The translations under genes were made by a program, and so were the position numbers. This document shows, one piece after another, positions 23,550 through 35,055 of a DNA stretch of 64,000 nt (within the stretch, counting starts at the first letter, position 1; each line of letters opens with the position of its first letter). The stretch lies in assembly GCA_011109175.1 (NCBI GenBank), contig RDEW01000019.1:127229-191228 (forward strand), in the 5' to 3' direction. The notes beneath the pieces are model-generated. The model was not told the origin of the DNA and did not search any database. It worked only from the letters and a program-made list of their open reading frames with translations. This DNA is from Dicyema japonicum (lineage: Eukaryota > Animalia > Dicyemida).

Positions 23550-25585
23550 ATGCAACCAAATATGTCGAATTTATCGATAGTAACTTAGATGGTAAATGTG
23601 TAGGGAAGATCAACCCCCAAATTTGTGAAATCAAACTACCCACGTGATCGTTAGTCATTCCAACATTCCGAAATCCATTACATAAAACAATGTACAACTC
23701 GCATGCTTATTTATCAGTAACAACGTCTCCGATGGATAGTAAACAAAATTATTCCAAAGTGGATTTTTTCCCAGACAAAGGGTTTGAAATAAAATTATTT
23801 AGAATTTCATTCGGCCAACCAATGATTTACTCAAACCCATTGTATCAACAGGTAATTAATATTTTGGATATTCAGGACACATTCTACAATTTTCACAGTG
23901 AAATGCGCTACACACAAAGTCCAAGTTTGCAATACGACGACAACTACCAACGTTATTCCTCCTTATATTCACATTCCTTAATAGAAACGGTCTTTATGAG
24001 TAAATTATTTCAGGCCAATTGGCTTCTTGAAATCTACAAAACAGCTGAAGGAGTCAGTCTACCACGATGCTTTCTTTACTCCAACTACAGAGGATTCTGC
24101 ACTGAAAGCTATCATCCTCAAATGAATCAAGCATCGTTCGGAAAACTAATTCGTACAGTTTTTCCATTATTAAAAACGAAGAGACTTGGAACGAGGTTTT
24201 ATGAGTTTAGTATTGCAAGGGACACTCCAAATACCATTATTACGGAATAAAAATAAAAATTGGGTCAAAATTAAACAGGATAAAGGACGAATTTCAAACT
24301 CCTCAAAGACTTCAAGCATTTAAGATTCTCACTCAGTTGTTTATGTAAAATTTTTTAGGCCGAACTACAAGAACCCCTTTTTAAAAAAAGTTATTTTATT
24401 CGGAAAATCTGGATCGAATTTTTTGAACAAAAATACCGCCATGACAAGAAGAGTTTCAGGAGTTTCAACGGAAATGCCACCTTTCGGGCAAATTGACGTT
24501 AGAAAAATAACCGTAAATATTAACAAACTCCACGAACTCGTGAATATTTTTCAGAATCTCTACAGAAAACACTGCAATGTAAAAATACATGAAAATCTCT
24601 AGGAAATCAAAGAAGCAGTGAATCAATTTAATTTCAAACTCGTGCCAACGTTTTGGACGGATTTTTGGGGAAATTTTGTAAAGAAAAGGTATTTTGCTGT
24701 TAATATTAGAAATTCCTTCGAAAACATGATAGAACTTGTAAATTCTGATGAGGTTGTGGATTATATATTCACTTCCGATTGAATTTTATACCAGCATCTC
24801 GTTTCCTTACTGATTCCTGACATTTTAGAAGAAGCCCCATGTAGCTTTCGGAATTAAATTTTAGTTTCTCAAACCCAAAATATCAGAACATTTTCCAAAT
24901 CTCTGGAGATCAAGCTATCCTCCGCCTGACGTCATGTGAGTTTAGCGAAAGACCTGTTTCTAAAAAGGTTGTCTTTTCCGAAGATTTTTAGATCAATGTG
25001 GTTTCTGGGTTTGGCAAAACGCTAAAAAGATATACTAAGCTTCAACACCTTTTTCAATCTACACAGGAGATTTTCAGTGATCAATCACTGCTCAGTGAAA
25101 TGTGCTCAGACATCTCAAAAATTGACCTCGGAGAAATTCAGGTTATTACATTTTTTTATTGCAGGATCAATTGTACTGGATTTCAAACTGCAAGGCTGAT
25201 TTGTACAGAAAATCCAAACTGATTTTATTACTGGACTTTCCCAAATCTCAAAATCGACCAATGGACCACGTGGTTGGAAGATGTTGTCAACATTGTTCTC
25301 GTACCATTCACATCAGAAATTGAGTTTTAAAAAGCGGGGGAGCAACTAATGCTCAAATAGTCGGCCCACATGTAATTGTTAACATAAGTTAAGGTTCATA
25401 ATTATTTGGGATTTGACCTTACGATCTTGTCTCACCTTTGGGTCCCTTCATTTGATGAGGTTATTTTTCGACGACTACATAAAATATTTGGTCGAGAGCA
25501 AAATCGCAGAGATCAGGAAAACAACACTCATTGAGTTTATTACAGAAAATAGACAAATATTTTCATTCATTTATGTTAGATAAAT
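23550..25585 (+). pseudogene. RFX: RFX-family transcription factor gene (DBD plus dimerisation domains) with nonsense codons and single-base deletions; 5' boundary uncertain
   Basis: WLLEIYKTAEGVSLPR...ASFGKLIRTVFPLLKTKRLGTR/GHSKYHYYGI; LYRKHC, ILYQHLVSLLIPDIL, TLKRYTKLQHL, DLTLRSCLTFGSLHLMR; about ten 21-24 nt GT-AG introns; stops at 24780, 25328, 25358. Confidence 0.85.
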
Positions 25586-26109
25586 TTAAATAATGAAAGT
25601 GGCCAAGGATCTCTTGAAATTGACCAAAATATTTGATAAAAATATGTAATTCATTTTTTTCTTAACTTTCTTAATCAGTTTTTTACAGTAAACACTAAAC
25701 TCTCTTAAATAGATTGATAAGTTGCGGGACAAATAATTTTGTAACGTAACGCTTGGTTGCTGTGGATAACCGCTACTCTCTAAGCATATGTAAATATCCT
25801 CTATTCTGTATAATAGAAACGTAAGAACCTTGGAGGACGAAGGATATTGTTTCAAGCTTTTTTGAAATCCGATTCCTTAGATGACCCAGGAATTCGAGGT
25901 GTAAGGGGACTGGATGTTCGAATTCCAGCTGAACAAACAAAACATCCCCGAGTATTAACCGTTCTTGTATAGATTGTCACTTATCGTTTGACGTTAAGCA
26001 GACTTATCCTTATAACGCAATATTTCGACTTTTTGGGCAATCGTAAGTCATGTGTAATATCAACAGAAGCAGTCCAACCCATGCATGTTTGTAATTATTT
26101 TATTATTTT

Positions 26110-26425
26110 TTAAAATTAAAATTGCCGCTGTTCGGACTGTGTGTACTATTTTTAGCCAAATTATTTGCTCGCCTGAAACAGTTTCTTTTCTGAAGAAAAA
26201 ACACCCTCTTATGTTAGACGATAAACACCCTCTTATGCCATGTGTGCCGATCCTTTTCAGGGGGACGTTTCTTCTGACGATCTCCGTGGTGCCCTACGAT
26301 CATTCCGCAAAAGTAGTAGTGAGGGAGTTGATAAGCTTAAGCCAGGACATCTCATGGGCCTTCTATCTCAATCTGTCGGCCAGCCAGCTATAATTATGGA
26401 TTTTATGAACGCCTTGTTTTCTTGA
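26110..26425 (+). mobile_element. CRE-clade pre-RT fragment
   Basis: AAVRTV...LKKKHP; VSSDDLRGALRSFRKSSSEGVDKLKPGHL. Confidence 0.65.
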
Positions 26426-26504
26426 AAAATCTCTGATTTTAGCCGAAAACTCTTTTTTTCTGAAAACTGCGTTGTGGAAAAAAGACAGGAATTTGTCCTA
26501 TTTT

Positions 26505-29100
26505 TTTAAGCACTCCCGGGAAATCAAAAATTAATTAGATTAATTAAGTTCCCCTTGTGCCACGTCCAGTATCCTCCCACACATCCTCTTCCATGTTCCA
26601 TGTCCCACAGTTGTATGTCAGGACTGGAACCACGAATGTTTTATACAATTTTAGCTTTGTATTCGTAGTTATGCTCTTCTTAGAACGCCAGATAGTTAAG
26701 AATTTTTTATATGCAGCAGTGGAAAGGATTTTTCTGTGGGTAACATCTTCTGAGTCTCCAAGTAGTGAACCAACTTTTTTATGCCTTCTCCATGATTCAT
26801 CGTAAGTGCGTACAACTCGTACAAGTTTTGTATATTCAGTTTTTTCTTGGTTGACAACTAAGAACCATTTAGAAAAGACATTTGGTAAGTTCTTGAGAAC
26901 GTGATGAAGAATTTCAACATCTTCAGAAACAAAGTCAAGATCGTCTGCATATATTAACTCGATTATTTTGTTGTTCTCAATTAAAGGCCTGAAATCTCTC
27001 AGTGCAGCCTCCAGGTAGATTATGAATAGAACTGGTGACAAAGAGTCTCCTTGCGGAATTCCACGTGAAGTATAAAAGAATTCTGAAGTAGTTTTTCCGA
27101 GTTTGGTTGCTAGTTGCGTATTCTGCAGTAGTTTTTGTATAATTTTGACATCATCCGTTGTTAGGAAGCTTGTGAGTACTTCAAGAAGTTTGCCTCTATG
27201 AACCGAGTCAAACGCTCTGGACATGTCTATTCCGAGAACATCTATGCACTTTTTATATTTTTGGCATAGAGCACTTGACCATCTGTGTGTCCAAATGACA
27301 TCGGCAGTGGATCTGCCTGACCGGAAACCACTTTGTCCTGGTGACAGAAAATACTCCACCTTGTCTTTGATTCTTTCCAATGTAATAATTGACAAGATTT
27401 TTCGCAGCGTAGTTAGTAGGATGATTGGTCTTAGGTTGGAAAGGGGCCCTTTGGGTTTTCCCGGTTATTGCAGTGGAATTAACCAACCCTTGCCAATGTC
27501 TAACGTAGTGTTTTCTTCAAATATTTTGTTGAGTATATTGGTAATGATTGTTACCAACTTCACTGTGGCATACTTTATAAGTTCGGCTGGGATATTCTCT
27601 GGTTTTGCCGATCTGTCATTTTTCAATTTTTTAATTGCATCCAGTGTTTCTTGTGTATTTATTGGGATGTCCAAACTATGGTTGACTTGTGCACCAAATT
27701 TATAGCCTATTTCGTTGTCCCAGTTGAGCATATGATAGTAATAAGCAGATATAGTAGCTGCTTTGTCCTTTTTATCGATAATTATTCTGCCAAAGATGTC
27801 ATTGATTATTATGGGGCTTGCACTCTTTTTCTTATTAATTAATTGAATAGCTTTGAACATTTTCACTCCATCTTTATATTTTTCAATGTCTTCAATTTGT
27901 TTTTCTATTTCTTTAGCCGTTAGGGATTTCTGAGTTTGCTTGATTTTTAATAATGTTCGGTTTCGTTGTTGCCGAAGTTCCTTGGCCTTTTCTGGAGACC
28001 TTGAGTTTTCTATCTTCAATCTCAAGGCTTTCTGGTTTTCTGATAGGACGCAAATATCATGATTGTAAAATTTACGGGGTTTTGTAATACTTCCCAACAC
28101 ATCACATGCTGTACCTTTTATCGACTTTGTGACTTTGTCCCAAATAATATGAACAGGTTTAGTTTCGTCGATATCATTAAGTTCAAGATTTAGTTGATAC
28201 GCATATTTCTGTTGAGTTGACTTGTCATGTAATAATTGGATATCATATTGCTCCTGCTTTTTATTGGAAGGTGTTTTCATTTGGTTATGGACTTTGTATA
28301 GTCCAATGCGAGTATGATCACTATTTGTCTCTAATCCTCCATATGACCTGGAGTCTACGAGGAGATGTTTGTGACCTCGTCTGCATAGTATGTAGTCAAT
28401 TTGATTATATATTTTTATGTAATTTCCTTGCAAATCCTTCCTAGTTCCAGTCCACGTCGTCTTGTGTCTCGCTTGGTGACAAAATGCCGTATTGCACAAA
28501 AACAGATCCAAGGAAGTGCAAAAGTGGATTAATGCCATTCCGGGCGTGTTTCGCCGATTTCTTCCATGAGATCCGATACAAGTTTCTCCAGATCTGGCTT
28601 TCCCTGCTTTGGCATTCCAGTCCCCGGCAATTAAGCAAAAATATGAAGAACTGATAGTGTTGTAAACCCTTATGAGGGCGGAGTAGAATTCGTCTAGTTC
28701 TTCTGGATTGGCAGATGCCCTGATTCCAGTCGGGGCGTATATGTTGATGATTGTCACTGTAGAGTTTGGTTTGCTTCCCCACCAAAATTGCAGTACCGCA
28801 ATCCTGTCTGTAACGACCCACATCCGAGATATACGACTATACAATGTGTGATGAATAGCAAATCCAAGTCCATAATGACGACACGTTGTTGGAAGGGTAA
28901 TCAAATGATAATTTCCCACCCGCATGCATGTGTTGTCAGTTATTTTTGTTTCCTGTAGGCAGCATACTGATACCTTATAGTGATCCAAATCAAGTTTCTT
29001 GTATGTTGGATTGAGTGCTCTTACATTCAGGGTACCCACAGAAAAAGGGCAGTTAGATATTAGACGTGAGAAAGACATATGTGCTATAGAGGGACGTCAC
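26505..29100 (-). mobile_element. Near full-length RTE-clade LINE (APE + RT), one frameshift near 27480, C-terminal internal deletion
   Basis: GTLNVR, LQETK, INIYAPT, IAGDWNAK, NQIDYI and SDH APE motifs; QSGFRSGRST, DMSRAFDSV, GIPQGDSLSP and YADD RT motifs. Confidence 0.95.
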
Positions 29101-29199
29101 CACCTCAACCAAAAAAAATTTCTCCTATTGTAGCTGGAAACGTTTTCCGCCGCCTTTCTGGAAAGATTGAAAGTATTTCGCCCACTTGTGTCCATTAGA

Positions 29200-30010
29200 G
29201 CTGGGGTTTTCCGCCGCCTTATTCAACTTGCACTAAGCGATATTCCAACCAATTCCAAAAAACTTCTCCTATTGTATGCGGATGATTTGATTATTGGCTT
29301 TTAAGATATAGACGTCAACGAAGCAACGAATGATGTTCAGAACCACTCAAACACTCTTGAAAGAGTGGCTTGGAGAAAACCACCTATCCCCCTTACCATA
29401 GAAATCCACCATCACTGTATTCACGTCAAATCCCAGCCAACAAGATTTTCAACCAATTTTAACAATTAATGGACAAACACTCCCCGTTACGAAACATCTC
29501 AAATTTTTGGAGTTATTTATGACCACTACTAACTTTTTCTAAATATGTGGAGGAACAATGTACAAAGACCTCTCGCAAGATCAACATACTTAAAGCTGTG
29601 TCAGGCCATTCCTTAGGCCAAAGCAAAGAAGCCCTAACCATCATATGTAAACAATTCATTCGAACAACTATTAACTATGCAAGTCCTTGCTGGTCAATCT
29701 CTGCCTCTCTTACTTCTATTGACAAACTACAAAAAGTCTCATATCAACTCCTGTTGATCATCTACATTGGGAATCAAATATCTTCCCAATTGGGGACCAT
29801 CTGGAAATGAGAGCCCTGCAGTTCATCTCCCAAGCCTACAGCCTAGACATCCTTGCCACTCTATGCAAACCGCAAAGCAAAGAAAAATTATCATGACAAC
29901 CAGTGACCGGTCTGGCTGAGGCAACGAAGTGGTATCGCAGTTGTCTGCGGAAACGCTTACTCCGTGATGTCAGCAGCCGCTCTCCCCATAGTTAATAAAT
30001 AATATTTTAT
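29200..30010 (+). mobile_element. APE-type LINE RT 3' half, degraded
   Basis: LLLYADDL, INGQTLP, KINILKAVSGHSLGQSKEAL...KQFIRTTINYASPCW. Confidence 0.8.
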
Positions 30011-30755
30011 TGTTAATAATTTTTCACATTAAAAAAAACCAGTGACCTATCTCGAATGTTATTATCCATCCCTTCCAGCCACAATGATAGGAGTCGTCTG
30101 AAACAGATACACGATTTCGTTTCTACATCTGCTGCGTCTACTTAATAGGCTGCTGGCCTCCTACAGTTAGTGAAGCTGGGGTTACTTAACTAACTAAGCT
30201 GGAGTGGATGTAGAGGGATGCAAGTGGGGGTCCATGTAGTTAGAAATTCGCAGGCTATCATCTGAAGCTGAGGATAGCGCCATTTCAAGTTGGATCTGCG
30301 CAACGCTTTCAACCGCCACTCAATTTAAATAACACGCCCTCTTTCATAAAGTCTGGCTTTTCTGCCACTCTCAGTTCAGCCGAACAACAATCCGACAATT
30401 CAGAGAAATTCCAAATTCTGCAAATCTAATCTGAATGAAATATGATTTATAAAGGGGTGTATTGCCAACTAAATCAAAATATAGATCCACATTGTGACGC
30501 TGGAATTTCTGTGTCCGTCTGGGGAATCGGGTTTCAGGACGTACAGGGGATCCCCGTAAGCGCTGCCGGTTATCTGAGAAAATCTCTCCTGCCATCCTGT
30601 AAAGAGATAGCCACGGAGTCAGTGCGGCCGCTGTGTGACCATTTTGTTAATTTTATTTTGACAATAAAAAAGATATAATTCGGAATATTTTTTGTGAGAC
30701 ACATCAGAGATAAGGCGTCAGATTCCTCATATTTTGTTTTTATTTCAGTCGAAAC

Positions 30756-30845
30756 TCCACGTATCTACGATGCTTCTGGGATTAACAAGTGACGCCGTCA
30801 TTAGTGATTAATCTGCGTAACCGGGTTGTGGTCAGGGACTCAAAA
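30756..30845 (+). mobile_element. SINE body fragment
   Basis: ccacgtatctacgatgc...agtgacgccgtcattagtg matches the 43877-44183 copy. Confidence 0.6.
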
Positions 30846-31299
30846 GAAAAGAACAAAGAGTCAATGATCCTTGATTTCGATTTCCTCATTGGATTCTTCT
30901 GTTCCTTCTTTTTTTGTTCTAAATAAATCATTTCCCCCCCACTCTATTGAAGAGATTCCCACAAGTCTAAAAACTGGACTTTGTTCCGCCGACATTAAGT
31001 TGACTTATGATAGTGGATGGTCTGTTTCCGCGACCGTGGAATGTGTGATAAAACAGCTAATAAAACAAAACTTAAAAAAAAATTAAACAGATAAAGTTAA
31101 ATATGGCACGTGGCGGTCGAAGTTAGTGTGATGCTGTGAATTAAAGATTATACGTGGCGTCGAAGTTGTGTGATGCTGTGATACATAAATATGATTCTTC
31201 TGTTCCTCCCCTATTGGTTGCAGGAGCTTGAATTGCTAGCGTGCGTTATGTGGTTCACCATCCCTGGTGGCAACAGATATAATTCTAAATTATATGCAA

Positions 31300-31465
31300 A
31301 AAGGACCATTAGTCAACACCATCCAGAAGAGTTCCCTTGGACGGCACTTCCTTAAAGTCCAAGCATGCCTTTATCCTTCAAGTCAAAGACTGCTGAGGGA
31401 GGCCGGGATCACCAGAATTTTTTCATTCTGGCTATGACGGTGTTTTTTGGTTCAATAAATTTAAA
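31300..31465 (+). mobile_element. APE-type LINE 3' end
   Basis: ggaggccgggatcacc...ttggttcaataaat is shared with the reverse complement of 37120-37200. Confidence 0.55.
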
Positions 31466-31689
31466 TTTAAAAATTTAAAGTAATTTATTTTAATTTTAAA
31501 ACAAACAAAAGGAGTTAGTTAACAACAAATTCCATTTTCATTTTGACAAGTTTAAAAACTAATCTCCGATTTTCAAACACTCTGACATGAAAACGTGACC
31601 GCCCAAAACGCATTCCATCGTTTTTTTTGATTGCCACCGTAGGCTCCTATTGGGCATTCCAATTTAAATAACTTAAGTGTGTTTATAGT

Positions 31690-32027
31690 ATTTGCTCACA
31701 ACTCCATCCCAAGTAAGGACTATTGGGACCACATGCACTTTCGCTTTGTGTATTATACCCAGCTCACTTGCGAGAAGATCGTACTTGCGGTCTTTCTACA
31801 CTTCGACATGTTTCAAAGAATCCTGGGAGGTTATTCCCACCTCTATTAGCGTTATTATGTTCTTGATTTTGTCATACACGATTATATCCGGCTTGTCATT
31901 CTCTATTCTCGTATCAGTAACTATTGTTGCATCAACGCGAATTTCCACAAATTCAGTTACAACCGTTGATTGTACTGAATGAGTCTTTAGTTTTTTCGTT
32001 TTCTTTATTCCATACTGTTTGCACATG
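31690..32027 (-). mobile_element. R4/Dong-like restriction-like endonuclease fragment
   Basis: IRVDATIVTDTRIENDKPDIIVYDK...ITLIEVGITSQDSL..VE..RKYDLLASELG...VPIVLTWDGVVSKY, a PD-(D/E)xK REL signature distinct from the CRE copies. Confidence 0.75.
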
Positions 32028-32935
32028 TTAATGAAAAGTACCTTCTCTGACGATCTACTCAGTTTTCTAAATCCAATACATCTTGATTGCTTACTATTAC
32101 TTCTGACAATGGCTATCGAGATACGCTCTCGAAACCATCCAATCTCATTTAGATCCTTAGTGATTTATTTGATAATTGAGCCCATCCGATGGAAGAGATC
32201 GCCCACTTGTGGGTCGAGGATTCCTGATGTATCAACAGCGAATGAGATACACAATGATCCTCCGAAATGCTTCAGTACTTCCACTTCTGATCCTCAGCTT
32301 CCATAAAAGAATGACTTGGGTCTGAGACTAAAGTGAGCATTTCGTCGGAGAATACGTATCAACACATGTAGCATCCCAAACCAGGTTCCGACGATTAGCA
32401 AAAAGGAATGTTGTCATCCCGTTGGGGCGTTTGCCATCACTCCGTGTGAGATTAGTTGACTCCAAAGTCAGTGATCAAATAGGATCAGATAAAATTGAAA
32501 ATCACCATGGTTTCTGAATATCACATTCCCATCGGAATATCACATTCCAGAGGATCTCGTAAATGCTATGAGTTGGAATACTATTATAGCTTCAGTCACC
32601 AGCTTCGTACATGTTGATGAAGTTTGGAATATTATTATTATTAATGAATTCAATTGATTCATTATTTAAAATAATTATTTACCATAACTAATAAAATATT
32701 ATTTATTCAAAATGAGTTTTATTATAAATATTATATTCTTAAAGCATCTAGTATTCTTATATAAAATCTTAATGTAATGTAAATTCTGCTCGATTCTTGA
32801 AATAAAAATTTCGTTCTGTTTTCTACACATAACGCATAAATCTTTCGCCTTTTACTAAAGATTTCCGTGTGTAGGGATATCAATGAATAACTTATTTTTG
32901 TGCCTCTTTTGAGGTTTAATTTTAACAATTGACTG
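32028..32935 (-). repeat. Inverted near-identical copy of 17241-19216 lacking the RTE insertion
   Basis: Reverse complement matches 17241-17571 and 18623-19216; single copy of the target gtacatgttga at 32607-32617. Confidence 0.92.
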
Positions 32936-33344
32936 TATTAATTTGACACTCGTTTTAGATGAGTTTGATTGATTACTCATTCTTATGTTTAAACTACTTT
33001 ATCTATACCGTGGAGATCAGTATATCGAACAGAACTGTTATGTCCATTTATTGTGTTCTATGTCATACACTATTACACTTGTGCATTCAACCTGCGCACC
33101 TAAACGTCGTGGAGACTAATGTGATAAAGTCTATTTATGCAGAAGTGGAAAATAGTATTATGAATCTTATGAAGACTATACTGAATAGTGTTAACTTCTT
33201 CAAGGAAATCAATGAGCATGCGACTTCCTCACATAATTATTATATAGGACTCGATGGAAAGCGATTTGGGCGTTCACGTTTGCATGTCGGAGTACTTGTC
33301 AAAATGAAAATGGAATTTGATGTTTATTTATTAACCCCGGATAC

Positions 33345-33660
33345 ACCGAGAAAGAAGTTAAAGTAAACAACTAATTAAGTGTATCCAGTTTCCACTTCTA
33401 CAAAAACAGAGTCCATCAGGAATTAGCATAAAGGGTAAGACGTCATTACATGCAGTTGTGGAAACCCCTCCAGTGGAGTGGGAAGAGCAAATGATCCTTT
33501 TTCATGCCGGCCTGGCACTGGGCGTCACCTAGACAGGTGGATCACATGACGCCACTCTATTAGGAAGAGAGAGGAGGAACAGACAAGCAAGCAGAAAAAT
33601 TAAACCAATTAACCACGCAGCACCACATGGCGCCACGTGGCAAAAATGATTTAAATAAAC
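33345..33660 (+). mobile_element. APE-type LINE 3' end and UTR (subfamily with CACATG/CACGTG motifs)
   Basis: Matches the reverse complement of 42725-43030 and 55218-55290; frame ends DRWIT*. Confidence 0.7.
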
Positions 33661-34039
33661 TACTTTAATTTTATATATTTTAATTTTTCATAATCTAAAA
33701 CTTAATTTGATAGTAAATATTGGGGAAAAAATAAACCATCAAAATTAGTTGAGTCAGCATAAAATAGAATTTTTTTAATTTTCGCACTAAAATAAAGAAA
33801 AGTAGTAATTGCCTATAAAAATTCTGCTATTTTGTCTTTTTCTGACTTGTTGTAAGCCATGAGGGTCGACTTCAATGAGATTCTTTATATCCGTTCACAA
33901 AAAACATTTAAAAAATATACATTTCCCACGATTTCTGGAATAATTAAATCGGGAACCTCGGAAAAGTCTCAATTCGTCAGATAAATTGTAGGATCTCCCA
34001 CAAATGATCAATCATTGCAGTATTTGCTCCAAGTGGAGT

Positions 34040-34480
34040 ATTTTCAAGTGCCAAAAGTAACTCGTTGTATTTTCATGACAGTTTTGATGTCTTGTGCTTC
34101 CATAAGAGTTTCCAGAGTAGTCGGTCCGGTTCCGATTGTTTCGGTAGTATCACCATCCCCAATAAGTTTCTTTACCATCGAAGAGATGTCTCTGCATTTC
34201 AGGTTCTTTTTGAATAAAGTGAGTAGGCCTCCATCTCTTCTCTTTTTACGGTCCACCCAAATAGTCTTGTATCAAGGAATGAGGGAGTGTGGCCATTTAA
34301 AGTTAGTTTGGTCTCTTAAATCATAACCACGTTTTTCATGTGAATTTCCAGTAGTAGAGTTCCCTGACCTCTCCTTTAATCCCGTTGATATTCAATTGAA
34401 GAACAGTGAAGTTACTTTCTCTTAGCTGGGCTGAGGATTTCCTATACGAAACACGTCGCCTGGGATGAGAATGTCAAGAG
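34040..34480 (-). mobile_element. APE-type LINE 5' fragment
   Basis: FTVLQLNINGIKGEVREL; RMDRKKRRDGGLLTLFKK. Confidence 0.7.
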
Positions 34481-34559
34481 AGGAGAATTCTGTGAAGAGT
34501 AACGAACTTGAAGGATATTTTAGTGAAATTCTATTCACAGAACAATTACTTCCTCAATA

Positions 34560-34975
34560 AAATATGCGGAACTCTCCTAGTCTTGGATGAAACCAAGATG
34601 TTGGGATTTAACTTTATGACTTACAGAAATTGAAAAAAGCATTAGACACCATAAGGAAACTTAATCCTGCAGTCCCGATATGATACCAACTGTTGTAAAG
34701 AGATCGTCCTTTGGGGAACAAAACTAGGAGAACAAAATCGAAAAGCATAGTAATCGTTCAAGAGCCACCTTGTCTTGTTACAAAATAACCAGCCTTATGA
34801 CACTGGCAACCCCTTTCGAGACCCTTATCTGGAGACCGTCGGCACTAGGATCTCACACGGAAAATCCCCTGAACAGCGTACTAATGTATAGAGTGTAGGA
34901 CAAAGGGAGGAACAACAGGAGAGGATTAGGACGCTTTTGGAGATGCTGAATCACATGACGGGTCTTTTTACAATT
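34560..34975 (+). mobile_element. APE-type LINE 3' fragment
   Basis: FETLIW...RIRTLLE and the gaatcacatga end motif. Confidence 0.45.
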
Positions 34976-35055
34976 AACTGACTTTATGTATTTTCCAGGC
35001 AAAAAATGTCATAATCATCCTACGAAAACTTTTGTCTTCCGTAATTCAAAGATAT

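Noticed and set aside
24780-25360. Stop-codon reassignment as the explanation for the RFX in-frame stops
   Set aside because: TGA, TAA and TAG all occur, frameshifts accompany them, and intact genes end in ordinary TAG/TAA with no internal stops.
27223-28444. Plus-strand ORFs overlapping the RTE (also 232-582, 17706-18059, 56389-56739, 35197-35541)
   Set aside because: Antisense shadows of real coding sequence with no recognisable motifs.
31100-31185. Two ~35-nt direct repeats resembling a mini CRISPR-like array
   Set aside because: Only two units, a short spacer, eukaryotic context and no cas genes; an ordinary local duplication.
32959-33366. 135-aa ORF, and similar unassigned ORFs at 19262-19555, 42332-42535, 45453-45782, 57608-57922
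   Set aside because: No recognisable domain or splice pattern; several overlap TE-derived sequence.
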